A stretch of 31,834 bases of DNA from positions 1 to 31,834 of the IMG/VR virus record IMGVR_UViG_3300032884_000329, one strand, 5' to 3'. Positions 13,715 through 22,873 of the stretch are shown piece after piece (position 1 is the first letter of the stretch; each line of letters begins with the position of its first letter). The position numbers and the translations under genes were made by a program. The DNA is from a virus (lineage: Duplodnaviria > Caudoviricetes). The notes under the pieces were generated by a model. The model was not told the DNA's origin and did not search any database. It saw only the letters and a program-made list of their open reading frames with translations.

Positions 13715-16700
13715 TGTCGATTAAAAGGATTTATTTAATTTTAGCATTGTTAATGCTGTGCGGGGTAGCGAGTGCTGCCAACCCAGTGTCAAATTTCACA
13801 GCGGATTCGTACACGGGATCTATCTCAAACGTATCTCCCGTAATTAATACAACAATTACATTCACCGATTATTCAACAACAGATATTACAGGGTGGTTGT
13901 GGCAGTTCGGGGATGGTTCAACGAATGCAACCACACAGAATGTTACCCACGAATATGGAACCATCGGGAATTTCACCGTTAACTTAACGGTTACTAATTC
14001 CTCTGGTACTAACTCATTACTCAAATACGTCAACATCACGCGTTATTTCGCGTCAACAGACGGAGCATACACGGTTATTAAGTTTAATGAAACCGGGTAT
14101 ACCGCAACATGGAAGACGCCTGCTAACGTGACGAGCGTGCAGTATTTGGTTGTAGCGGGTGGCGGGGTTGGCGCTGCATATGAAGGTGGTGGTGGCGGCG
14201 GCGGCGGTGTTTTAACAAATACATCAGTGGTTAATGGAACAATTACAGTTGTTGTTGGTGCAGGTCAGACAACACAATATACCCCCGGTATTAATTCATC
14301 TTTTAGTAATATTGTTGCTATTGGTGGGGGTTCAGGGGGTTGTGGTGGCGGCGGCGGCACATCTCCAACTAATTCCCCCGGTATTGGAGGAAGTGGTGGA
14401 GGTGGTGGTAGTTCAACATCGGCAGGTACCACTGGAGCCGCTGGTACTCCATCAGACGGTGTAACCCCACCAATACAAGGATATCACGGAGGAACGGGAA
14501 CATCAGGTGGTAATTATCCAAGTGGTGGGGGTGGTGGTGCAAGTTTACACGGAGGAGATGGAACTTCAACTAACGGTGGATCTGGGGGAAATGGAATATC
14601 AAGTTCTATAACAGGTAGTCCCGTAACATACGGCGGTGGTGGTGGTGGTGCTATTGGAAACTCTCAAACCGGGGGTGTTGGTGGAACTGGTGGTGGAGGA
14701 AATGGTGCATCACATAGAGCCGCAGATGTGATTACTATTGTTGTTGGTTCAAACGGAACGGTTGGGTTGGGGGGAGGCGGCGGCGGTGGTGGTTATGGAC
14801 TTACCCCAGATCATTATTACGGCGGGTCCGGTGTCGTAATCATCCGGTATCTCACACCTGTCGTACCAGTTATAAACTTCACATCTAATGCAACAACGGG
14901 TATCACTCCAAGGTCTATCCAGTTCAACGACACAACAATAGGGTTACCTACATCATGGAACTGGAGCTTTGGAGATGGTACCTATAACACCACACAGAAT
15001 CCGGTTTACACATACTCGTCTGGAGGATTATATACCGTTTCACTCAATGCAACAAATTCATTTGGTTCTAACACAACCACAAAAACAAACTACATTAAAG
15101 TATTAGAAACTAACTTTGTCGGAACACCAACAACAGGAACCGCACCACTATCTGTAGCATTTAACGATACCTCAACACCCTATGGAAATGCAACCGCATG
15201 GGCATGGAACTTTGGGGATGGGCAGCAGTCTACCTTGCAAAACATTACCCATGTTTATACCAGTGCTGGAAGTTACAACGTAACGCTCAATGTAACAACA
15301 GACTTCACTACAGGGACAAAAACACAAACAAACTATATTACGGTCAGTAACCTTGCACCAGCAGCAAACTTCTATGGTGTCCCGGCATGGGGTAGTTCAC
15401 CACTTGATGTTTCCTTCTATGACATTTCAACCAACGGGACTGCAACATCATGGGAGTGGGAATGGGGGGATGGTACCGCAAATGGAACCACACAGAATCC
15501 AACCCACCAGTATACAGCGAATGGCGAGTACTCTGTTAATATGACGGCAACCAACGCCATTGGTTCTTCAACCAAACAACGGATTGCTTATATCAAGGTT
15601 GGAACAACCGGTGGAGGCGGTGGGGCATTGGAATCAATATTCCGTTCCAACACCACCGGTGGGATCTATCCACTATCAGTACAGTTCACAGACCTATCAA
15701 CAGGTGGCCCGGAAACGTGGAACTGGTCCTGGGGGGATGCAACGGCAAACGGAACCACACAGAACCCTACACACACCTACACCGGGGCGGGATCTTATAC
15801 TGTAACACTTACAGTAACAAACGCCACACAGACCCCAAATAGTTCAACCAGTTCTGCAACTAACTTTATTGTGGTTGCTAATACCGGATCTCCTGTTTCT
15901 AATTTCTATGCGGATAGCACATGGGGGATTAATTATGTCAATGCGTCCTTCCATGATATTTCAACCGGGGGTGCGGCGACAAGTTGGAACTGGTCAATGG
16001 GGGATGGTACATACAACACCACACAGAACCCGATTAAGAATTATACCACCGTTGGAACGTATACTGTTTCACTCAATGCCACAAACGCAGAAGGGTCTAC
16101 GGTAAGGACAAGGACGGATTATATCCAGGTGAGTGACGGTAAACCGGAAACCTCGTTCTATGGAATGCCTACCAACGGTTCATACCCGCTGAACGTATCC
16201 TTTACCGATACCTCTGGGAACACCCCTACTTCGTGGGCGTGGTCGTGGGGTGACGGTGAAGCAAACGGTACCACCCAGAACCCATACCACGTTTATACCG
16301 GGTCGGGTACCTACACGGTAACTCTTACGGCAACAAATTCATACGGGAGTAATACTCGGCAGATTTCCGCATATATCGGGGTTACTGCTCCATCCGTTCC
16401 AATTGCTTCATTCTACGCACACCCAACAAACGGGACTGCTCCGCTGAACGTATCATTCGTTGATACTTCGGCAAATACTCCTACTTCCTGGGCATGGCAA
16501 TGGGGAGATGGAGAGGCAAATGGAACTACCCAGAACCCAAGCCATGTGTACAACACAAGCGGGACGTATACCGTCAATATGACGGCGACAAACGCCTTCG
16601 GCTCCAACACCAAGCAGATTGCCGCATATATCGGGGTAACCAACCCGTCAACACCGGTATCGAACTTCACGGCAAATATAACCGGGGGATACGTCCCACT

Positions 16701-18654
16701 TTCGGTTTTATTCACCGATTCCTCTACCAACCTCCCAACAACCTGGAACTGGTCCTTCGGTGACGGTACTGCAAACGGTACCACCCAGAACGTCACCCAC
16801 GCTTATACCGCAGATGGGACTTATAATGTAACTCTTACCGCTGGAAACGATGGTGGTAACGGGACCTCGTTCCAGCGCACGGATTACATTTACGCTGAAG
16901 GAAACCCACATGCAGACTTTTCGGCAAATGTTACTACCGGTAGTGTGCCAATCTCGGTTTTATTTACCGACAATGCAACCCACGCCAGTCCATTCTCGTT
17001 CTATTGGGAATTTGGGGATGGTAATACCAGTTCAGACACGGCCCCGGTCCATGTGTACACTGTTGCCGGGAACTATAGCGTTAACTTCAGTGTTTCTACA
17101 CCAGGGGGAGAAGATTGGGAGAATAAAACAGATTATATCAGGCTTACTCCCGCTAACCCGGTAACCGTTGCGAATTTCTCTGCTAATATTACCTCTGGAA
17201 CGGCCCCGTTGTCAGTTGGATTTATCGACCTCTCAACCAAATCACCAGTTGCATGGCTATGGGTGTTTGGCGATGGCTCTACCAATGCAACTACCCAGAA
17301 CGCAACACACGTATATTCATCTGCGGGTAATTTTACCGTTAAATTAAGGGCTACGAATATTTACGGGACTTCCTGGGAGAATAAAACCGATCTCATTTCG
17401 GTTACAGTAATTCCCCCGCCCGCTGCAGACTTCTCGGCAAATGAAACTTTTGGAAACCCGGGAACGATATTCGGGTTCACCGACCTCTCAACCAATTCAC
17501 CAACCTCCTGGCAATGGTCGTTTGGTGACGGCTCTGGTAACAGCACGGTAAAGAACACCACACATGCCTATTCCACAACAGGAGTATACACCGTAACTCT
17601 TACGGCATATAATGTAGGTGGGACTGACACGGAACAGAAAATAGGATATATCAACGTTACAATGGCACCGGTTGCGGACTTCCATGCGAATGTTACTTCC
17701 GGGCATGTTCCGATATCGGTACAGTTCAACGATACTTCGTTATATGCAACGTATTGGTCTTGGGACCTTGGTGATGGGAATACCTCACTCGACCAGAACC
17801 CGGTGCATACCTATTACACCGAAAATTACTATACAATTAAACTCAATGCCTCAAACGCAAACGGGTCTTCATGGGAGAACAAAACAAATTATCTATGGTT
17901 CACTAACCCACCAACACCAATCCCAACCGCAACGCAGGTACACAGCGGTGGGTACGCACCTCCTTACCAGGCCCCGGACGTACCATTCCCACAGAACGAT
18001 AATACCGGGTGCCATTTACTCAACGTATCGGTTGACCTTAGTAACCAGACGGTAACCTTCCTGGGGCAGGTAGATAACGTCACCAACGATACAACCGCGT
18101 GGTTTACCCTGGGAGCAACAACCGCTGCAAATTCATACTACACGGTAGCACTCGTCCCAGACCCCATATCAGGTAATGTAACCGGGAGCATGGGGCTTTC
18201 CTCTCCGATGGCTGCAGGAACGAAATACTATGTGAAAATGGCATCTACGAAGGGACTTGCATTAGAGAGTCTTAACTTCACTACCCCCGCTGCAGTAGCC
18301 CTGCCAACGTCTACCTACGGTGCATACTGGAACAAAGTTCAGGCATCCAATAAAACACCATTAACTATCGTGAATGTTATCCCACTACCGCTGGTAGACT
18401 TGTTCGGTGGAAGTGCTGCGGGTGCCGGGAGTGAATTTGGGTGGAGAATTGTCTTCACGCTGCTTATTGGTATCCTTGTAATGGTGATTGCGATTCGGCA
18501 GGATAATCTCATATTGGTATTCATGCTCATCGGGCTTACCGGGCCGGTGTGGCTGTCGTTAATAGTTCCGGAGTTCGTGTGGATACCCGCAACGGTGTGT
18601 TACCTCGTAGCGGCAACAACGTTATACCGGTTATATCGGAACAGGAGGTCTTAA
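13714..18654 (+). CDS. PKD-repeat adhesin (13 PKD domains plus one Gly-rich domain), membrane anchored
   Basis: True start ATG 13714 (TAATG overlap, GGTGA RBS, signal peptide MSIKRIY...ASA); 13 WxWxFGDG-type motifs counted; C-terminal TM helices. Confidence 0.92.
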   Translation: MSIKRIYLILALLMLCGVASAANPVSNFTADSYTGSISNVSPVINTTITFTDYSTTDITGWLWQFGDGSTNATTQNVTHEYGTIGNFTVNLTVTNSSGTNSLLKYVNITRYFASTDGAYTVIKFNETGYTATWKTPANVTSVQYLVVAGGGVGAAYEGGGGGGGGVLTNTSVVNGTITVVVGAGQTTQYTPGINSSFSNIVAIGGGSGGCGGGGGTSPTNSPGIGGSGGGGGSSTSAGTTGAAGTPSDGVTPPIQGYHGGTGTSGGNYPSGGGGGASLHGGDGTSTNGGSGGNGISSSITGSPVTYGGGGGGAIGNSQTGGVGGTGGGGNGASHRAADVITIVVGSNGTVGLGGGGGGGGYGLTPDHYYGGSGVVIIRYLTPVVPVINFTSNATTGITPRSIQFNDTTIGLPTSWNWSFGDGTYNTTQNPVYTYSSGGLYTVSLNATNSFGSNTTTKTNYIKVLETNFVGTPTTGTAPLSVAFNDTSTPYGNATAWAWNFGDGQQSTLQNITHVYTSAGSYNVTLNVTTDFTTGTKTQTNYITVSNLAPAANFYGVPAWGSSPLDVSFYDISTNGTATSWEWEWGDGTANGTTQNPTHQYTANGEYSVNMTATNAIGSSTKQRIAYIKVGTTGGGGGALESIFRSNTTGGIYPLSVQFTDLSTGGPETWNWSWGDATANGTTQNPTHTYTGAGSYTVTLTVTNATQTPNSSTSSATNFIVVANTGSPVSNFYADSTWGINYVNASFHDISTGGAATSWNWSMGDGTYNTTQNPIKNYTTVGTYTVSLNATNAEGSTVRTRTDYIQVSDGKPETSFYGMPTNGSYPLNVSFTDTSGNTPTSWAWSWGDGEANGTTQNPYHVYTGSGTYTVTLTATNSYGSNTRQISAYIGVTAPSVPIASFYAHPTNGTAPLNVSFVDTSANTPTSWAWQWGDGEANGTTQNPSHVYNTSGTYTVNMTATNAFGSNTKQIAAYIGVTNPSTPVSNFTANITGGYVPLSVLFTDSSTNLPTTWNWSFGDGTANGTTQNVTHAYTADGTYNVTLTAGNDGGNGTSFQRTDYIYAEGNPHADFSANVTTGSVPISVLFTDNATHASPFSFYWEFGDGNTSSDTAPVHVYTVAGNYSVNFSVSTPGGEDWENKTDYIRLTPANPVTVANFSANITSGTAPLSVGFIDLSTKSPVAWLWVFGDGSTNATTQNATHVYSSAGNFTVKLRATNIYGTSWENKTDLISVTVIPPPAADFSANETFGNPGTIFGFTDLSTNSPTSWQWSFGDGSGNSTVKNTTHAYSTTGVYTVTLTAYNVGGTDTEQKIGYINVTMAPVADFHANVTSGHVPISVQFNDTSLYATYWSWDLGDGNTSLDQNPVHTYYTENYYTIKLNASNANGSSWENKTNYLWFTNPPTPIPTATQVHSGGYAPPYQAPDVPFPQNDNTGCHLLNVSVDLSNQTVTFLGQVDNVTNDTTAWFTLGATTAANSYYTVALVPDPISGNVTGSMGLSSPMAAGTKYYVKMASTKGLALESLNFTTPAAVALPTSTYGAYWNKVQASNKTPLTIVNVIPLPLVDLFGGSAAGAGSEFGWRIVFTLLIGILVMVIAIRQDNLILVFMLIGLTGPVWLSLIVPEFVWIPATVCYLVAATTLYRLYRNRRS

Positions 18655-18656
18655 AA

Positions 18657-18911
18657 ATGATGAAACCACGCAAGCAGTATAGAGAGGGGAGAATCCCCCT
18701 CCGTGCAACGGAAAACGGTGACTTTGTGATTGATATGGAACAATTGCTTGGTAACGAAGCCCCGATGATCACCGCACCACAGTTGGTTCACCTGTCCGAA
18801 GAGGAACCCAGGATTAATAATTCATACCAGCTCTTTCCGGTGTTCGATGCGAAGAATGGTATGAGTATAGGAAAGATGTCGCCACGGGACTTCCTGAGGA
18901 AGATTCTATGA
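18657..18911 (+). CDS. Hypothetical protein
   Basis: GGAGGT RBS before ATG 18657; 84 aa. Confidence 0.65.
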   Translation: MMKPRKQYREGRIPLRATENGDFVIDMEQLLGNEAPMITAPQLVHLSEEEPRINNSYQLFPVFDAKNGMSIGKMSPRDFLRKIL

Positions 18912-19093
18912 ATGAATTTAACCAATTCCCGTTCCGGCCAGCATACCCACAACCGCAGACCGGGTATCCGTTCCCAGGGACGAACCCCTATACCGGCGGG
19001 GTAACATACCCGCAGAAACCAAGCTGTTTTAAGATGAAGAACCCATGTATCACTTGTGCTTACAAAAATCAGTGTGAGAACGCCAAGGAGTAG
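18908..19093 (+). CDS. Small Pro-rich protein with C-terminal Cys cluster
   Basis: ATGA overlap; C..CITC..C. Confidence 0.6.
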   Translation: MNEFNQFPFRPAYPQPQTGYPFPGTNPYTGGVTYPQKPSCFKMKNPCITCAYKNQCENAKE

Positions 19094-19096
19094 AAC

Positions 19097-19258
19097 ATGA
19101 AACGCAAAAGTAAGAAGATGAAAGCAATTCCACGAATGACTCTATCCGGTGGGCGGATGGGCCACGCATGGTTCTCGGGTGGGGGGAGTAACTTCACCGG
19201 AGGGAGTGGGTTTAGAAGGTCGAATGAAGGGATTTTTAAGAGCGGGGGTTTCAGATGA
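19097..19258 (+). CDS. 53-aa basic, Gly/Phe-rich peptide
   Basis: MKRKSKKMKAIPR...GGSGFRR...SGGFR; AAGGAG RBS. Confidence 0.6.
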   Translation: MKRKSKKMKAIPRMTLSGGRMGHAWFSGGGSNFTGGSGFRRSNEGIFKSGGFR

Positions 19259-19404
19259 CCGCAAGAAAGACGGTGAATTTCAAAAGCAAAGCCGCGTATG
19301 AACGATGGTTAAGTTATGGACACGCAAATGGATTATTCACTGGAAAAGGCGAGAATATAACAATTCGCGGCAAGAAGCACAAAGTTGTCCACGAAAAGAA
19401 ATAA
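19255..19404 (+). CDS. 49-aa basic protein, candidate nucleic-acid binder
   Basis: ATGA overlap; NFKSKAAYERWLSYGH...RGKKHKVVHEKK; GGGGGT RBS. Confidence 0.65.
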   Translation: MTARKTVNFKSKAAYERWLSYGHANGLFTGKGENITIRGKKHKVVHEKK

Positions 19405-19405
19405 A

Positions 19406-19588
19406 TTACTTTTTTCTCGCCTTCTGCTGCTTTTCAAGGCGGTGTTCGATTTTACTGATCGCCTTGTAATAATTGTCGCCATATTTTACAAGATGGTCTT
19501 TCGCAATTCGTTTCCCCATTCTTAATGGAACGTGGTGTTCTGAAGACTCATCTTTTGCGTATGAAGTCATCTGCCGTTTGGTTACCAT
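19406..19588 (-). CDS. DUF5661-like small protein
   Basis: E..EH......iAkDHL.....YY..i..iE pattern recalled for DUF5661. Confidence 0.6.
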   Translation of the reverse strand: MVTKRQMTSYAKDESSEHHVPLRMGKRIAKDHLVKYGDNYYKAISKIEHRLEKQQKARKK

Positions 19589-19625
19589 AAATAGTAAAAT
19601 AGGAGTAGGAGGAAAAGAATGTTTC

Positions 19626-19683
19626 GCCCCGGGGGGAACATGATCAAGGTGGCACCGTGAAAGTAAGTGTCCTACCCCGGGAC
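19626..19683. other. GC-rich intergenic hairpin
   Basis: GCCCCGGGG (19626-19634) pairs with CCCCGGGAC (19675-19683); 9 bp including one G-U on the minus-strand RNA. Confidence 0.5.
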
Positions 19684-19714
19684 AAATAGCCTCTTAAAGA
19701 GGTTAATTTTGTAT

Positions 19715-20608
19715 TTAACCCCTATCCATAAATACTTTTCTGATTCGTTCCTGGAGCTGATCTTTAAACACCGGGAAGTCGAATTTCATCGCCTGGTGTA
19801 TGCACATTTCGGGATATACCGGGCAGTCTTCAATCCCTTCTATAATACCGTACTTATCCGCATCTACCAGACACCCGGTTATCATATCCACCACGGTTTC
19901 CCGGTATCCCCCTTCGTCAACCGCTACTACCGGCTTACCACTTGCCATTGCTTCCAGGGGGACTATCCCAAAGTCCTCGTTGATTGAGGTGCAAAGGACT
20001 CCTTTGCTGTGGGAGTATAACTTTTTAAGTGCGTGTTCCTTGATATTTCCGTAGAATGAAACGTTATCCGGCGCTTCTTCTACCAGGTGTTGATATCTTG
20101 GGTATACAGGCCCGACAACAATCAGCCATTTATCCGGCATTTCCCTGAATGCTTCAAGTTGTAATTCAACCCGCTTCCATTTATCCACTCTCTGCACGGA
20201 AAGCCAGTAGTTGTGTGGCTCTTTCCACTCGTAATCCTCACAATGAACGCAGGGGTAGATCACATCCGGGTTTCTACAGTAATATTTTTTAACCCGTTCC
20301 CGCACGGTATTCGAGATACATGCAATATCCACTACCTTCTTCATCATCGCCCGGTCCCGGTTGACTAACAGGGGGAGAAGTGGCTTTAAGATCGTGGGGG
20401 CGTATTCCTTCATATCGTACAACGCTCTACGCGGGGTCGTAAGGTAATACAGGTGTGGCTTTGATAAGTCAGCCCTCCACAGTGAAATATCATCGGTGAT
20501 AACCTGAACATCCTCTTCCATATCCTTCGTAGCAAGGATTATATCCTTCACCCACCGTTCCTGGCCCCCGGTCTTCGTAAGATCCTTTGATGTCAGTACT
20601 TCAACCAT
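19715..20608 (-). CDS. Glycosyltransferase, GT4 (GT-B) family
   Basis: GGQER N-terminal motif, R....KR, EDFGIVPLEAMASGKPVV (ExxxxxxxE). Confidence 0.93.
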   Translation of the reverse strand: MVEVLTSKDLTKTGGQERWVKDIILATKDMEEDVQVITDDISLWRADLSKPHLYYLTTPRRALYDMKEYAPTILKPLLPLLVNRDRAMMKKVVDIACISNTVRERVKKYYCRNPDVIYPCVHCEDYEWKEPHNYWLSVQRVDKWKRVELQLEAFREMPDKWLIVVGPVYPRYQHLVEEAPDNVSFYGNIKEHALKKLYSHSKGVLCTSINEDFGIVPLEAMASGKPVVAVDEGGYRETVVDMITGCLVDADKYGIIEGIEDCPVYPEMCIHQAMKFDFPVFKDQLQERIRKVFMDRG

Positions 20609-21125
20609 ACCTTATCATATCCGTTAAGTAATGTGTGATTATCGAGTGGGATAGTTCAACAACCCCGTAATCCATTGAGGGGATGTAGAAGTTCACCACC
20701 CCTTTCTTTCTCAAAGGGTTATCCATCTTGAACCCGGATAGGGTGATCACGTTTGCATTATTAAGCCTCGCTGTAACCGCAGCCCCGATTATATTATGGG
20801 ATTCCCCCGAGCTGCTGATCGCAACGAGAAGGTCGCCATTGTCAATCCACAGGTCGGTGAGTTTTGCATAGGCTTTCGTATAATGGTCATCGTTTGATAA
20901 CGCTGTTAACAATGGCGCTTCGGTTAAGACCATCGCCCGGATCCCACATGCTTTGCAGAGGTCGTTCTGCATATGGGAGGCAATTGCAGCGGAACCCCCG
21001 TTCCCGATAACGATTACCTTCTTTGCAGTCTTAATCTGGTTGATCGCAATAACGAAGCCCTGTTCCTCGCAGTCTACATTTGAAAGAACCTGGTGTAATG
21101 CAGTAATATATCCAAGAAATGCCAT
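20601..21125 (-). CDS. gmhA: Phosphoheptose (sedoheptulose-7-P) isomerase, SIS domain
   Basis: GNGGSAAIASH, LTALSND, GDLLVAISSSGES.NI, E..H. Confidence 0.85.
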   Translation of the reverse strand: MAFLGYITALHQVLSNVDCEEQGFVIAINQIKTAKKVIVIGNGGSAAIASHMQNDLCKACGIRAMVLTEAPLLTALSNDDHYTKAYAKLTDLWIDNGDLLVAISSSGESHNIIGAAVTARLNNANVITLSGFKMDNPLRKKGVVNFYIPSMDYGVVELSHSIITHYLTDMIRYG

Positions 21126-21659
21126 TCAAACCTCAACGATATAGTCCGTAACAGCACTATACAAGTCCCTTGCCTCCCGGTGCTGCCCCGGTTTTAATAC
21201 CTCTTCCATCCCATGCCCGGTTAAGACGAGAATACTACGCACCCCTGCAGCATCCGCAGCTTCGCAGTCAGTACGCTTATCCCCGATTAGCCATGATTCT
21301 GAAAGGTCAATGTTGTGATCTTCCTTTGCTTCCAACAACATACCCGGAAGTGGTTTACGACAATCACATCCTTCGTCCGGTTTGTGTGGGCAGAAATAGA
21401 ATGTATTAATCCTTGCACCTTGTTTTTGAAGACGTAGGTGCATTTCCTTATGAAATATATCGACATCTTTTTCCGTGTACCGCCCTCTCCCTACCCCGGA
21501 TTGGTTCGATACCACGATAACGAGATATCCCTTGTCGTTTAGCAACCGAATGGCTTCCCCAACCCTGGGTAAAATTACCATGTCCTCAATCTTGTGTACG
21601 TAGTGTGGGGGGTCCTGGTTGATTACCCCGTCCCGGTCTAAGAATACGCATTTGTTCAT
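21126..21659 (-). CDS. gmhB: D,D-heptose-1,7-bisphosphate phosphatase (HAD IIIA)
   Basis: FLDRDGVIN, VSNQSGVGRG, CPH..CDCRKP, IGD..D; ATG 21659 after GAGGTG. Confidence 0.9.
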   Translation of the reverse strand: MNKCVFLDRDGVINQDPPHYVHKIEDMVILPRVGEAIRLLNDKGYLVIVVSNQSGVGRGRYTEKDVDIFHKEMHLRLQKQGARINTFYFCPHKPDEGCDCRKPLPGMLLEAKEDHNIDLSESWLIGDKRTDCEAADAAGVRSILVLTGHGMEEVLKPGQHREARDLYSAVTDYIVEV

Positions 21660-21660
21660 T

Positions 21661-21768
21661 TTACACCTCAATTGTCATTGCTAGAATAAAAACTGACAAT
21701 ACTAGGATAGCACCCAAAATAACATAGCATAATGAATATCCATATGCTTTCATCTCTTCTTCGCTCAT
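21661..21768 (-). CDS. 35-aa single-TM peptide
   Basis: MSEEEMKAYGYSLCYVILGAILVLSVFILAMTIEV; ATGA overlap with the transketolase C stop. Confidence 0.55.
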   Translation of the reverse strand: MSEEEMKAYGYSLCYVILGAILVLSVFILAMTIEV

Positions 21769-22667
21769 TTGCACATCTCCTTCGCAGTCTTCACAATGTT
21801 ATCAACGGTTAGCCCGTGCTTGTTCAACAATTCATCATAGGTACCGGACTCCCCGAAGCAGTCGTTCACACCCATCCGCTTGACTTTACCAATCCCGGCG
21901 TTCGCAGAAATTTCCGCAATGATCCCACCAAGCCCCCCGTAAATGGAGTGTTCTTCAATTGTTATCGCCTTCTTGCACCGGTCTATATGAATAAGGATCT
22001 CCCCCTCTTTAACTGGTTTTAAGGTTGAAAGATTAACAACGGTAGACTCTATACGGTGCTTCTGGTGCAACTTGTTCTGGGCATCCAGCGCTAAGTACAC
22101 CATCGTCCCGGTTGCGAATATCACAATATCATCACCATACCGGATATTAACCCACCCTGGTATTGAAGTCGGGGGTGTGACTTCCCGGGATAATCTCATA
22201 TAGCAGGGACCAGGAAGTTCAGCTTCTTCTGCAATCATAAGTGCAGTTTCGTATTCATCACAGGGTGCAAGCACACGCATGTTTGGGATTACACGCATGA
22301 TAGCGATATCCTCTAAACACTGATGAGAGGATCCGTCAGCCGCATTCGTCAGGCCGGAGTGGGCGCATATGAACTTCACATTCAGGTTTTCGAATGCAAC
22401 GGTGTTCCGAATCTGTTCCCACGCTCTCATGAGGAACATGCTGTACGTACTCACAAAGACGGTTTTCCCTGCGGTTGCCAGCCCTGCAGCCACACCAACC
22501 GCATTCTGCTCTGCACATCCTACATCAAAGAACCTGTCAGGGAATGCTTTTGCAAACTTGTGTGTTCCGGTGGATACGGACAAGTCAGCGTCAACGACAA
22601 CGACATTGGGGTTCTCTTTGCCAAGTTCGAGTAAGGCGAGTGAGTACGCTTCGCGGGTGGAGATCAT
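21765..22667 (-). CDS. Transketolase, C-terminal subunit
   Basis: DADLS.ST, G.AEQN, RA.EQIR, DGSSHQ, EEHS..GGLG. Confidence 0.95.
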   Translation of the reverse strand: MISTREAYSLALLELGKENPNVVVVDADLSVSTGTHKFAKAFPDRFFDVGCAEQNAVGVAAGLATAGKTVFVSTYSMFLMRAWEQIRNTVAFENLNVKFICAHSGLTNAADGSSHQCLEDIAIMRVIPNMRVLAPCDEYETALMIAEEAELPGPCYMRLSREVTPPTSIPGWVNIRYGDDIVIFATGTMVYLALDAQNKLHQKHRIESTVVNLSTLKPVKEGEILIHIDRCKKAITIEEHSIYGGLGGIIAEISANAGIGKVKRMGVNDCFGESGTYDELLNKHGLTVDNIVKTAKEMCK

Positions 22668-22873
22668 CCAATATCACTTACCAGTTGAACAACTTCGTCT
22701 TTACCATACCTTTTCTTTTTACAAAGAGAAACACTTTCAATCAAAGATATCCAATTTGGATCTCCTTTGTTATATGAATTTGAATGATATGTTCCAACAA
22801 GTGCATCTTGAGGATATTTCTTTAATTCCTCAATTAATTCGGCAACATTATACACAAAACTCACAGCAAACAC
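22664..22873 (-). CDS. Small hypothetical protein between the transketolase halves
   Basis: AT-rich ORF overlapping both neighbours; V.ELIEELKKYPQDA.V motif common in phage small proteins. Confidence 0.6.
   Translation of the reverse strand: MFAVSFVYNVAELIEELKKYPQDALVGTYHSNSYNKGDPNWISLIESVSLCKKKRYGKDEVVQLVSDIG

Noticed and set aside
11552-18654. Diversity-generating retroelement acting on the adhesins
   Set aside because: No reverse transcriptase and no TR/VR pair differing at adenines was seen; similarity between domains is at protein level
19636-19670. Hammerhead ribozyme (UGAUCA...GAAA)
   Set aside because: Core deviates from CUGANGA and the required stems cannot be formed
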